IMG/VR virus record: IMGVR_UViG_3300028800_000061
Location: 95,824 to 159,823 of that record
Reading direction: 5' to 3' (one strand)
DNA from: a virus
Length of the DNA stretch: 64,000 nucleotides
In this document: in pieces, positions 47,134-56,022 of the stretch
Numbering within the stretch: the first letter of the stretch is position 1
Layout: each line of letters opens with the position of its first letter
Notes under the pieces: generated by a model
What the model was told of the DNA's origin: nothing
The model's input: only the letters and a program-made list of their open reading frames with translations
Databases searched by the model: none
Made by a program: the position numbers and the translations under genes

Positions 47134-47877
47134 ATGACCGTCACCACTGACAACCCGCTGCTCGGCAGGGTCCGCAAGCTGCTGGCCAAAGCGGAAGCCG
47201 TGGGCGTCACGCCACCGGAAGCGCAAGCGCTGACCGCGAAAGCCGCTGAGCTGATGGCCAAGTACGGAATCGACCGGGCGCTGCTCGCCGCCGACCGGCC
47301 GGACACCGACCGGCCCGCCGACCGGATCATCGACGTCGACAACCCGTGGGCGCGGATCCAAGCTCACCTGCTGTGCGGTCTCGCCGCGGCGATGCGCTGC
47401 CAGTGCGTTGTCCTGCCCACCAGCACGCCGGGCTCCCGGATTCACATGTTCGGCTTCGCTTCCGACATCGAGCGGGCTGACATCCTGTACACCTCAGTGC
47501 TGGTGCAGATGTGGATGGCCCTGGCCGTGGCGGAAGTGCCCGAGTGGTCGCGCAGCCCGCGGGCGTGGCGGCGCAGCTTCCTGCTCGGATTCGCCACTGC
47601 CGTGGTTTCCCGTGTGCGAGCTGCCGAGAAGGAAGCCGCTGACGAGGCCACTGCGCCCGCGGCCGCCACCAGCTCGAAGGCGACGATCGTGCTGGCCGAC
47701 CGGCGGCAGGTCATCCGCCGCAACATTGAGCAGGCCTATCCGCTGACGCGCAAGACCCGCCTGACCTACAGCGGCAACGGCTACGGCGCCGGCTACACGG
47801 AGGGGCAGAAGGCGGACATCGGCGGCGGCGCGGCGCCGGTCCGCGGCGGCCGGGCCGGGCAGGGGGCGATCGGCTGA
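47134..47877 (+). CDS. DUF2786-family protein
   Basis: LGRVRKLLAKAE...PPEAQALTAKAAELMAKYGI; AWRRSFLLGF; AAGGAGG RBS. Confidence 0.85.
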   Translation: MTVTTDNPLLGRVRKLLAKAEAVGVTPPEAQALTAKAAELMAKYGIDRALLAADRPDTDRPADRIIDVDNPWARIQAHLLCGLAAAMRCQCVVLPTSTPGSRIHMFGFASDIERADILYTSVLVQMWMALAVAEVPEWSRSPRAWRRSFLLGFATAVVSRVRAAEKEAADEATAPAAATSSKATIVLADRRQVIRRNIEQAYPLTRKTRLTYSGNGYGAGYTEGQKADIGGGAAPVRGGRAGQGAIG

Positions 47878-47961
47878 ACCATGCGGCACGGGTGACCCTC
47901 GCCGGGCGGGCCGGCATCGGACTTCGAGGTCCGGGAGGGTGCGGAAGGAAAGGAGTTCGCT

Positions 47962-48318
47962 ATGAGCGCTAGCAAAGGCATAGTCGCAAAGATCTACCGG
48001 AGCCACGAGGTCCCGGCCGGGGTGACCCCTGATTTCATACATCTCGTGCTGGTGGTCGGCACTACCGACGAAGCTGGCAAGGTTGTCGAGCCGGTTGAGC
48101 CTGAGCACCAGGTGCAGGCGCCGCACGGGGTGCCTGCACCTGAGGTAGTCGTCGTCCGCCACTTCGACCACGGTCGGCCCGCATACTACGCCCGGCCGCG
48201 CGGAGTGCCTGGTGTGTGGGTTTGGGGTGGCACGTTCATCTACACCAGCGCCACCGGTTTCGCGAACCTGACCGGGATCGCGGGTGCCGTCCCGTTCCAC
48301 GACCAAGTCGAGCGGTAA
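47962..48318 (+). CDS. hypothetical phage protein
   Basis: AAGGAG RBS; WGGTFIYTS...AVPFHD motif. Confidence 0.65.
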   Translation: MSASKGIVAKIYRSHEVPAGVTPDFIHLVLVVGTTDEAGKVVEPVEPEHQVQAPHGVPAPEVVVVRHFDHGRPAYYARPRGVPGVWVWGGTFIYTSATGFANLTGIAGAVPFHDQVER

Positions 48319-48333
48319 AGGAAAGCTGACATC

Positions 48334-48681
48334 ATGCGACCAAGAACTAATCGTCCTGGCCCTGGGCGTACTGTCTCTGAGTCGGACAGCGACTGGCGTC
48401 ACGACTGGGAGACCACGCAGAATCTCGGAGCCGAGTTCATGCCTGCCATTCCCGGGGAAACCGGGCGGCGGCACGCCCACTATCCGGATGTGGATCCGGC
48501 GGCGGTTCGCATCGCTGGCGTTCTCGTGTCCGTGTACATCAAGGATGGGGCACTGTGCCTCTCCGCTGACCTGGAAGCAGCCGACCCGGGCCTCTACCCT
48601 GAGGGAGCGGTCCCGGTGAAGTTGTTCGTCCAGGCTGCGCGGTTGTATGCGATCGACGGCACCGGGAAGGAACTGACATGA
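48334..48681 (+). CDS. hypothetical protein
   Basis: AAAGGA RBS. Confidence 0.55.
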   Translation: MRPRTNRPGPGRTVSESDSDWRHDWETTQNLGAEFMPAIPGETGRRHAHYPDVDPAAVRIAGVLVSVYIKDGALCLSADLEAADPGLYPEGAVPVKLFVQAARLYAIDGTGKELT

Positions 48682-48899
48682 TCGACAGTCACACGTTTGT
48701 GGATGCGCTCGCCCAGGTGATAGCCGACGCGGATATGCGTGTCTGGCCGGCCGCGGGCGAGGAGGAGACGGTGACTGGCGTGATCCCGTACGGCGGGACC
48801 GGGGTGCTTGTCACCATGTCCGGCGGGCAGGTAGTTCACCTGCTGGTCGAGTCGATTCTCGCCGCGGCTGCCACCGGGCCTGCCTCGAAGGGAGGTTAG
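48678..48899 (+). CDS. hypothetical protein
   Basis: ATGA overlap. Confidence 0.55.
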   Translation: MIDSHTFVDALAQVIADADMRVWPAAGEEETVTGVIPYGGTGVLVTMSGGQVVHLLVESILAAAATGPASKGG

Positions 48900-48902
48900 A
48901 CG

Positions 48903-49352
48903 ATGGCAGAGAGGAAACCGCTGCCTGCTCCTCGGCTCGTGGAGGGGCAGATCGGTGGTGTGCACGAGATCGTCGAGGCGTTTGGTGGTGCGCTGAGCAA
49001 GCAGCGGATCAGTATCCTCATGTCGCACCCGGACGCGCCGGAGGCTATTAGCGATACAGCGGGCGGCGGCTCGCAGTGGTTCCTTGACGACGCCGCCAGG
49101 CATGTCGCGAAGGTGCGGGAGTTGCCGTTGCCGTCTGGTCCGTTGCCGCATGTGCTGGCCAGCGCGAGCGACATTGTGGCCGTTTTCGGGGGTGCGATCA
49201 GCCGCGGGCAGGTGGGCCGCGCGATGCTGGTTGAGGGTGCTCCACGGGCGGTGGGTGAGACCGAGGGCGGCGGCCGCAAATGGCTGCTCGATGCGGCTGT
49301 CGAGCACATCCAGACGGTACGGGCGCCAGGTCGCCCGCGTAACGAGAAGTGA
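48903..49352 (+). CDS. tandem winged-HTH (AlpA/excisionase-like) DNA-binding protein
   Basis: Internal duplication: EIVEAFGGALSKQRI..APEA..GGGSQWFLD / DIVAVFGGAISRGQV..APRA..GGGRKWLLD; C-terminal PGRPR. Confidence 0.7.
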   Translation: MAERKPLPAPRLVEGQIGGVHEIVEAFGGALSKQRISILMSHPDAPEAISDTAGGGSQWFLDDAARHVAKVRELPLPSGPLPHVLASASDIVAVFGGAISRGQVGRAMLVEGAPRAVGETEGGGRKWLLDAAVEHIQTVRAPGRPRNEK

Positions 49353-49638
49353 CCGGGAGTGCGCAGCGCTACGTTGCGCGCCGCAGGGCTAGTTCTGGCA
49401 GTGCATGCTGCATAGCGCAGTAGCAGCGACTGGCCCGGAGGCGTGCAACGTAGCGCTTTATGCTGCCCAAGCGGCAGCGCTGGCCAGCGCTGTAAGCCAC
49501 ACCGCAACGCGTCGGGTGCGCACGTAGCATGGTTACCAGCGCGCGTGCCCCAATGCCTGTAGGCGCGCGTACAGCGCGCCGCAGGGCGCATGCGGCAGCA
49601 ACGTTGCGCAGCAACGCGGATGGCCAGCCGGGGGGCAT

Positions 49639-49836
49639 GTGGCCGACACTGAGATCCGGCCCGGCCAGGTTGTGTGGTGCTGGGGTGATGACACCTGCGA
49701 TCACACTTACCGAGGCCTGGTGATCGAGGCCGAACCGCCGCGGTGGTACCGGGTGCGATTCACGTTCGGGACGGTGTGGGTGCCGGGCGGGTGGCTACTG
49801 GTGGATGCCAGCCAGCTCGTACGCCTGCCGGACTGA
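49639..49836 (+). CDS. small SH3/Tudor-like hypothetical protein
   Basis: IRPGQVVW...YRGLVI...YRVRF. Confidence 0.4.
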   Translation: MADTEIRPGQVVWCWGDDTCDHTYRGLVIEAEPPRWYRVRFTFGTVWVPGGWLLVDASQLVRLPD

Positions 49837-50175
49837 TACCCCCAGCGAGCGGACCACCTCAGCTTGATCACGCAATGTCCGCAGGTGGTCTTGCGCGGAC
49901 TCGCGGATCACTGTCGCCCGGTCGTAGGCGAACTCCAGGTCGGAGACTTGCTCGTCAACCCACGCGTCCCGCTCGGCGGTAGTCGTGCCGCCGCGGGCTA
50001 CCTTTGGGGCCTGGCCGGCGAGGAGTGCGCGGCGGCGGGCCCGCTTGTACTCGTGCTTCGCGTTGACCTCAAGGTCGCGGGCTTGGGCGAGTGCGACGCG
50101 GGCCCGGCCGAGCTCGTTGACCAGGGTGCGCAGCTTGGACTCAATCTCGACGGGGGTGAGCGCGTCACCGTTCAT
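49795..50175 (-). CDS. coiled-coil hypothetical protein
   Basis: LTPVEIESKLR...TTAERDAWV; last gene of the modification operon. Confidence 0.65.
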   Translation of the reverse strand: MNGDALTPVEIESKLRTLVNELGRARVALAQARDLEVNAKHEYKRARRRALLAGQAPKVARGGTTTAERDAWVDEQVSDLEFAYDRATVIRESAQDHLRTLRDQAEVVRSLGVSVRQAYELAGIHQ

Positions 50176-50178
50176 GAT

Positions 50179-50688
50179 TTACGTCGTCCAGCCCTCGGAG
50201 AACCCGTCGCCGGCGCCGCGTTTCGTCATCTGGCCCCGGTCGGCCAGGCGGGATACTTCTTCCTGGTCCATTTCCAGGCGGGCGCCGATCTCATGCGGGT
50301 CCATGCCAAGATCGAGCAGGTCCGCGATGATGTCGGCCATCGCGAGGACGTAGTGGGTGCCGCGGGCCCGGTTGTGGCGGATGGTGGCCATGCGCGCGAC
50401 ATCGGGCGGGCACTCGGCGAGGGTGACGATCGGGACCAGGCCGCCGGTGAGTGCAGCGATCTGCTTGTCCTCGGCGACAAGCCAACGGTGGTAGCCGTCA
50501 ACAATTTCTAGGCGCTCACCGCCGTCGTGCTCACGGACAACGATCGGCTGTGTCCACCCGTTCTCGAGGATGGAGATTTTCAGCAGCCGTTTCTCCGGCG
50601 GGGCTTGCCGGTTGGGATTCCAGTCGTTGCTGCTCAGGGCATCGCGGGGCACCCATCGCACAGCGGAGATGGGTTGCGTTTCGATCAA
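50179..50688 (-). CDS. IbrB-like ParB-N domain protein
   Basis: QPISAVRWV, NDWNPN.QAPPE..LL..SI...GWTQPIVV, IVDGYHRW, MATIRHNRARGTH; TTGA overlap with upstream IbrA-like gene. Confidence 0.88.
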   Translation of the reverse strand: MIETQPISAVRWVPRDALSSNDWNPNRQAPPEKRLLKISILENGWTQPIVVREHDGGERLEIVDGYHRWLVAEDKQIAALTGGLVPIVTLAECPPDVARMATIRHNRARGTHYVLAMADIIADLLDLGMDPHEIGARLEMDQEEVSRLADRGQMTKRGAGDGFSEGWTT

Positions 50689-52001
50689 GGGAGTTCCTTC
50701 GCATACGGCGGGATCAGCGCGTACGGGTCCGGTGGTGGCGGTGTGGGGGCGGCCAACTCGACGTAGGTGCCGTCGGCGATGATCTGGGTGAGTTCGGCGG
50801 CGTACTTGTGCCAGATGTGCGGGGCTGGGATGCCTTTGCCGATGACTGGGACGCGGGCGGCTGCGGTCGCGGAGCGGCGGTCTTTGAAATCGCCGCGCAT
50901 CGCGATCGACAGCAGGTAATCCCACGACACCCCCGATTCGGGGTGGGGGGTGCGGATCACCATCGGGTCACTGGTTTTGCGGTAGTGACGGCCTAGTGCG
51001 TCGCGGACCCTTTTGATGACGATCGGCCGGTCAGCCGGGCCGAATTTCTGGATGTACCTGGTCAGGAAATCGGGCCACAGCATGCCCTCTGGTTTCTGGG
51101 GGCGTTTGTGGTAGCCGTACAGTTCGGTGAGCGCGTACCTGACTGCGGATCCTGCACCGGGTACCCGTTCGGCCATCTTGCCCCAGACATCGGGGAAGCA
51201 GGAGGCGAAGGTGTGCAGTTTCTGCAGTGGTTCCTCACCGAACGCGGGTGAGCACCGCTGGCTGCTGTGCGGGATGCCGGCCATTTCGAACCGGTCGTAG
51301 GCCCGGTTGTAATCCCAGCCCTTGATGGCAGGTGCGGTCCACACGTCTTCTGTGGTCCAGTCGTACACCGGGTACGCTTTCCAGATGTTTCCGGCGGACT
51401 CACCCTCGGTGTATTTGATCATGTAGTTTTCGGATGCGTGCCGCAGCAGCGCCCATGTGCGGGTCCGCGATTCCTGGGCGCGGATGCCCATAAGGGTTGC
51501 GCAGTTGCCCTGGCCGGCAGTGAACATGAGCCCATCCGATTGCGGGATCGTCAACCTGGCTGCTGCCGGTTCGGCGGGAAACCCGGCCAGGACCGTGATC
51601 GCTTCCGGTGGCAGGGGCCGGCACCATTTGTCGCGGGACTCCGGCGCCCACGGCCACCAGTACGGGAACTCCCGCGAGCACGCGTTGCGGTGCTTCACCG
51701 GCAGGCAGTACCACTCCAAGGCGATGTCGTCGCGCTGGCCCATCCGGCGGACGTACTCTTCGGTTTCGAGCGGGATCGCTTCCTCGTCGAAGAAGCAGGC
51801 GCGCAACGGCAGGTGCCGTTCAAAACGGGGATCGGAGTGCGCGACCTCTAGGGCGATGTTGAGTACCGCGGTGGAATCCTTGCCGCCGGAGAACGCGACC
51901 CTGATGTTGTCGAACCGTTCCATGATGGTGGCGGTCCGCTCCAGGGCGAGGGTGTAAACGTCCTGTTCTGCTGGCCTTCGGGACAGCAGGTGGTAGGACA
52001 A
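50685..52001 (-). CDS. IbrA-like PAPS-reductase-family (PP-loop) protein, copy 2
   Basis: VAFSGGKDS, FFDEEA, WYCLP, GIRAQES..R, YPVYDWTTEDVW, YNRAYD, QRCSPAFG. Confidence 0.88.
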   Translation of the reverse strand: MSYHLLSRRPAEQDVYTLALERTATIMERFDNIRVAFSGGKDSTAVLNIALEVAHSDPRFERHLPLRACFFDEEAIPLETEEYVRRMGQRDDIALEWYCLPVKHRNACSREFPYWWPWAPESRDKWCRPLPPEAITVLAGFPAEPAAARLTIPQSDGLMFTAGQGNCATLMGIRAQESRTRTWALLRHASENYMIKYTEGESAGNIWKAYPVYDWTTEDVWTAPAIKGWDYNRAYDRFEMAGIPHSSQRCSPAFGEEPLQKLHTFASCFPDVWGKMAERVPGAGSAVRYALTELYGYHKRPQKPEGMLWPDFLTRYIQKFGPADRPIVIKRVRDALGRHYRKTSDPMVIRTPHPESGVSWDYLLSIAMRGDFKDRRSATAAARVPVIGKGIPAPHIWHKYAAELTQIIADGTYVELAAPTPPPPDPYALIPPYAKELP

Positions 52002-52075
52002 CGTGGCCCCCTGCCGGGTTACAGTCGGAAGCTAAGACGCTGTTCCTGTCGCGGCTTGCAGGGCCGGGGATGGTG

Positions 52076-53413
52076 TCAGGGCCGGGCTGGCGGGCTAACG
52101 CCGGCCCGGCCTGCTGCCCAGGCGTACGGCGGTATGAGCGAGTACGGGTCTGCGGGCGGCGGAACTGGGGCGGCCAGCTCGGCGTAGGTGCCGTCGATCA
52201 TGATTTGATGCAGTTCGTCTGCGTACTTGTGCCAGTACCCGGGCAGCGGACGGCGCTGGGCGTCGTTGAGGATCCGGCCGCCGGCGTGCTTACGTGATTT
52301 GAAATCGCCGCGCATCGCGAGCATGAGCAGCCAATCCCACGACAGGCAGGTGTCCGGGTGTGGTGCGTGGACGACGATCGGGTCTGCGGTCATCTGGTAG
52401 TGGCGGGCGAGCAGCAGCTTGATCTTCCCCGCGATAGTGGCAGCGTCACCGGGGCGGAACTGGCGCAGGTAGTGGCCGATGAAATCGGGCCACGCCAGGC
52501 CGGGTGGTTTGGCCGGGCGGCCGTGGTAGGAGTAGAGCTCGGTGCGCGCGTAGCGGACTGCGGCGCCGACACCTGGTACCCGCTCGGTCATCTTGGACCA
52601 CACATCAGGGAAGCACGCCGCGTAGGTGTGGATTTTCTGCAACGGTTCCTCACCGAACGCTGGGGAGCACCGTTGGATGGAGTGGGAGACGCCAGCCATC
52701 TCCATCCGGTCATACGCCCGGTTGTAATCCCAGCCTTTCACCGCTGGTGCGGTCCACACATCCTCAGTAGTCCAGTCGTACACCGGGTACGCTTTCCACA
52801 GGTTGCCCTGGCTTGTGCCATCATCAGATTTGACCAGGTAGTTGTCAATTTTGCGGGCGGTCACCGCCCGGCGGCGGGTCAACGATTCCTGCGCCCGGAT
52901 ACCCATGAATATCGCGGTGTTGCCGCGCTCGACGGGAGCGAGCAGCCCGTTCATCTCCGCTGTGGTCAGCCGGCTCTCGACAGGCCAGATCGGGAACCCT
53001 GGCAGCTCGGTGATGGCTTCCGGTGGGAGGGGGCGGCACCATTTGTGCTTGTCCTCCGGGGCCCACGGGTACCACCAGGGGTGCGTGCGGGAGCACGCGT
53101 TGCGGTGCTTCACCGGCAGGCAGTACCACTCGCAGTTGATGTCGTCGCGGGCGGCGATCCGCCGTACGTACTCCTCGGTTTCGACCGGGATCGCTTCCTC
53201 GTCCTGGAAGACGGTACGCAACGGCAGATGCCGGGCGTACTTCGGATCGGAGTGGGCGACATCGAGGATGACGTTCAAGGTGGCGGTGGAATCTTTGCCG
53301 CCGGAGAACAGGACAAACACCCGGTCGAAGCGGGCCAGCACAGAGGCGGTACGTTCCATCGCCAGGGTGTAGACGTCCTGCCCGGCTGGCCGTTTCGGCA
53401 GCATGGTGGCCAA
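52076..53413 (-). CDS. IbrA-like PAPS-reductase-family (PP-loop) protein, copy 1
   Basis: Same motif set as 50685-52001; start TTG 53413 or ATG 53404. Confidence 0.88.
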   Translation of the reverse strand: MATMLPKRPAGQDVYTLAMERTASVLARFDRVFVLFSGGKDSTATLNVILDVAHSDPKYARHLPLRTVFQDEEAIPVETEEYVRRIAARDDINCEWYCLPVKHRNACSRTHPWWYPWAPEDKHKWCRPLPPEAITELPGFPIWPVESRLTTAEMNGLLAPVERGNTAIFMGIRAQESLTRRRAVTARKIDNYLVKSDDGTSQGNLWKAYPVYDWTTEDVWTAPAVKGWDYNRAYDRMEMAGVSHSIQRCSPAFGEEPLQKIHTYAACFPDVWSKMTERVPGVGAAVRYARTELYSYHGRPAKPPGLAWPDFIGHYLRQFRPGDAATIAGKIKLLLARHYQMTADPIVVHAPHPDTCLSWDWLLMLAMRGDFKSRKHAGGRILNDAQRRPLPGYWHKYADELHQIMIDGTYAELAAPVPPPADPYSLIPPYAWAAGRAGVSPPARP

Positions 53414-53430
53414 CCGCCGGACCCCTTCTC

Positions 53431-54030
53431 TCAGATGGTGACGATCTGCCCGGGCGGGAGTTCGGCAGCAGCGGGCCCGGCTGGCCAGGAGCACAAGTAG
53501 GTGCCGTTCCCGTGCTCCCAGGTCCACAGCGGGTGGTAGTGGCGGGTGGCGTACAGGTGCCCGTCCTGGTCGGCGATGACGATCGCCCACGCTTCCTGAA
53601 CGGCTCCCGCGGTGAGGTCAGCTAGCGCACCCAAAGGTGATTTGACCTGCCGGGCGGCGGCGTACGCGACCGCGAAAGCGATCGTGTCGGTGGCTTGCGA
53701 GACGGCGAAGGTGTCCGCGTTGTAGATGCAGCCGTTGTGCGCGACACCGTGGCCGCCGCGCAGGACCGGCTGCAGCTGGGTCAGGTCCTGCCAGTCACCG
53801 AACGAGGCCAGGCGGGTGTGCCCGAGGATCTGGTGCGCGCCGAGGGCACGGATATCTTTCGCGCTGACCGCGATCGGGCCCGCGCGGTGCACCGTGCTGT
53901 ACCCGCCGTCCGGGTCGCGGGTCATCCACCCGTGGCCGTGTGGCCCGCGGCGGCCAGCCGCGATAGCGGCCCGCTCGAGCATGCCAGGATCAGGTGGGCC
54001 CGTGCCGTTGTAGGCGAAAATTCCGCACAC
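53431..54030 (-). CDS. class II (Ntn) glutamine amidotransferase, stand-alone
   Basis: N-terminal (M)CGIF, RGPHGHG, GHTRLAS, AHNGCIYN, TDT. Confidence 0.85.
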   Translation of the reverse strand: MCGIFAYNGTGPPDPGMLERAAIAAGRRGPHGHGWMTRDPDGGYSTVHRAGPIAVSAKDIRALGAHQILGHTRLASFGDWQDLTQLQPVLRGGHGVAHNGCIYNADTFAVSQATDTIAFAVAYAAARQVKSPLGALADLTAGAVQEAWAIVIADQDGHLYATRHYHPLWTWEHGNGTYLCSWPAGPAAAELPPGQIVTI

Positions 54031-54038
54031 GCCCGGCC

Positions 54039-54839
54039 TCAGTCGCGGCCGGTGCGCTGCATCCACTCCGCTGCCTGCGGGAGGACTGTGGCGGCGTGGC
54101 GGATGACATCCGGGTCGATCGACCAGCACTCGGAGAATCCGTGATCGGTGGAGTGGGTCCACTGGCGTGCTGGCCACGGGCCTGTGCCGACCTGGTAGCC
54201 GCGTGGCCAGTCGTAGCACGGTGGCAACGGCAGATTCTCGCGGGCGATCAGCGCCAGGGCATGCTCATGGGTCCAGTCGGCGAGCGGGGACCAGTAGGTG
54301 ACACCGCGGGAGTTGGTGTACCTGTCGGCTTCACCGGGGCCGACGTAGTTGCCGTCTTTGCGGCGGCGGCCGAGCAGGAGCATGTCCAGTTTCTGTGCGC
54401 GGAAGTAGTCGCGCTGGGCCCGGTGCTGCACCACGGAGAACCACCGTGAGCCGTGGCGGCCCTGGGGAAACAGCATGACCGGGCGGGCGGCGAGCCACGC
54501 CAGGTCGATGGGGACAGCGCCGATCTCGCAACCGGGTGGCATGTGGTCGGTCAGCCAGCGGAGCATCGCCGGCCACTCCAGGCCGGTGGTCATGCCGAGG
54601 ATGCATTCGGGGACGCCGGCCAGCTCTGCGACGTGCCGGAGAATCTGGGAGTCTTTCCCTCCGGACCAGCCGTATGCGAGCCGGCGGCCGCCGGCCAGTT
54701 CGCTGGTGATGCCGGTGACCGCTTTGTCGACGAGCGCGTCGAGTTCGCTGTCAGTGACGGTTTCGCGGGCCCACTTGGCGGCTTCCTGCCATGCGGCAGC
54801 GTCGGAGATGTGCTGCTTGCGGCCGAGTGCGCCGGTCAA
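54039..54839 (-). CDS. PAPS-reductase-family (PP-loop) protein, short type
   Basis: YGWSGGKDS, LGRRRKDGN, SPLADWT. Confidence 0.85.
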   Translation of the reverse strand: MTGALGRKQHISDAAAWQEAAKWARETVTDSELDALVDKAVTGITSELAGGRRLAYGWSGGKDSQILRHVAELAGVPECILGMTTGLEWPAMLRWLTDHMPPGCEIGAVPIDLAWLAARPVMLFPQGRHGSRWFSVVQHRAQRDYFRAQKLDMLLLGRRRKDGNYVGPGEADRYTNSRGVTYWSPLADWTHEHALALIARENLPLPPCYDWPRGYQVGTGPWPARQWTHSTDHGFSECWSIDPDVIRHAATVLPQAAEWMQRTGRD

Positions 54840-55267
54840 TCTGCCTGGTCCCCTGCGTAGATCGGGCGGTCGAGCAGTGTGCCGTCCCAGTCGGTGAACG
54901 CCATCCGCTCAGGTGAGTCGACTGGTTTGTGGGGTGCGCCGATGGCGATAAGCACGTGGCCGCGTGGCCCGGCGCCGACAGCGTGCGGGACCTGGCCGTC
55001 CACCATGTACAGGTCGCCGGGGATCACATCGTAGGTGATGCCCGCGACGCTGATGGTGCCGGTACCCGCGAGGCAGTACAGCAGGTGATCGCCGGGGTGC
55101 GTGTGGACGGGGAAGCTCCGGCCTGCTGGGACGCGGAGAATGTCAGCGCCGAGGTGCCCGTTGGTGTGCAGGCCAAGGCCGGTTGCGGGTGCCCCGTGGA
55201 CGGGGACACCTTCGGTGATGACTTTGAGCGACGCGTCGGCCAGGTTGATGATTTTCAGGTCGGTCAC
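54836..55267 (-). CDS. cupin-domain protein
   Basis: FPVHTHPGDHLLYCLAGTG...PGDLYMVDGQVPHAV. Confidence 0.85.
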   Translation of the reverse strand: MTDLKIINLADASLKVITEGVPVHGAPATGLGLHTNGHLGADILRVPAGRSFPVHTHPGDHLLYCLAGTGTISVAGITYDVIPGDLYMVDGQVPHAVGAGPRGHVLIAIGAPHKPVDSPERMAFTDWDGTLLDRPIYAGDQAD

Positions 55268-56010
55268 TGGGCCTCCCCGGGCTGCAGGTAGGCGCGGGCG
55301 ATCGCTGTTACTGCGTCAGCGGATGTTGGCAGGCCAAGGTTCTGCTTCGCGGTGGTGACTGCCCGCTGGATCAGGTCACGCTGGTATGTGGAGACCATCC
55401 AGGAGACTTGCACCCATCTGTGTGTGTCCTCGCCGGCTGGCGGGGCGGCCTGGCCATTGCCGCTGGGCGCCGGTGGCGGTGTCGTGTCCAGTGGCGGTGG
55501 CCCTGGTTGCGGTGGCCCGGGCGGGAGCGGGTCACCGGGCGGGCCCGGCCATTTTGAGGGGTCGTTGAAGTCGTTGAGGAAACCTGTGGCCTGGTCGGCG
55601 AGTGCGCCGCTGGTCCTCATGATTTCGGTGACCGCGCGCTCGTCGAACCCGGTGCCGGACAGGTCCTCGTCGAGGGCGGTGAGCAGGTCGGCTAGCAGCC
55701 GGTCGTCGTAGGCGCCCATGTCGGAGAGCCGGTTGTCGGCCAGGTTGATCCGGATGGCTTCATCATCTGTGCAGGTGATGATTTCGCAGCGTGCTGTCTC
55801 CTGGCCTTCGGCTTCGAGGGCGTCACGGGTGTGGTTGCCGGCGAGAATGATCAGGCCGTCCGGTCCATCCCGCACGACAAGGGACCGGTACTGGCCGTTC
55901 CGCCGGATGCTGCCCCTGATCTCGTCCGTGTTGCCGCGGCGCGGGTTGCCGGGGAATCTGGTGAGCTCGGCTAGCGGGATGTCGCGGACTGCGATCCAGG
56001 TGGCAGGCAT
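55264..56010 (-). CDS. ParB-N domain protein (phage type)
   Basis: PGNPRRGN...SIRRNGQYRSLVV...ILAGNHT...LADNRLSD; Pro-rich linker; AAGGAG RBS. Confidence 0.85.
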   Translation of the reverse strand: MPATWIAVRDIPLAELTRFPGNPRRGNTDEIRGSIRRNGQYRSLVVRDGPDGLIILAGNHTRDALEAEGQETARCEIITCTDDEAIRINLADNRLSDMGAYDDRLLADLLTALDEDLSGTGFDERAVTEIMRTSGALADQATGFLNDFNDPSKWPGPPGDPLPPGPPQPGPPPLDTTPPPAPSGNGQAAPPAGEDTHRWVQVSWMVSTYQRDLIQRAVTTAKQNLGLPTSADAVTAIARAYLQPGEAQ

Positions 56011-56022
56011 TGGCTCCTTCGC

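Noticed and set aside
50179-56010. Sulfate assimilation (cysH), canonical dnd/ssp or 7-deazaguanine cluster
   Set aside because: Partner genes (cysD/N/C, dndA/D/E, sspB/C, folE/queD/queE/dpdA) are not recognisable in the window.
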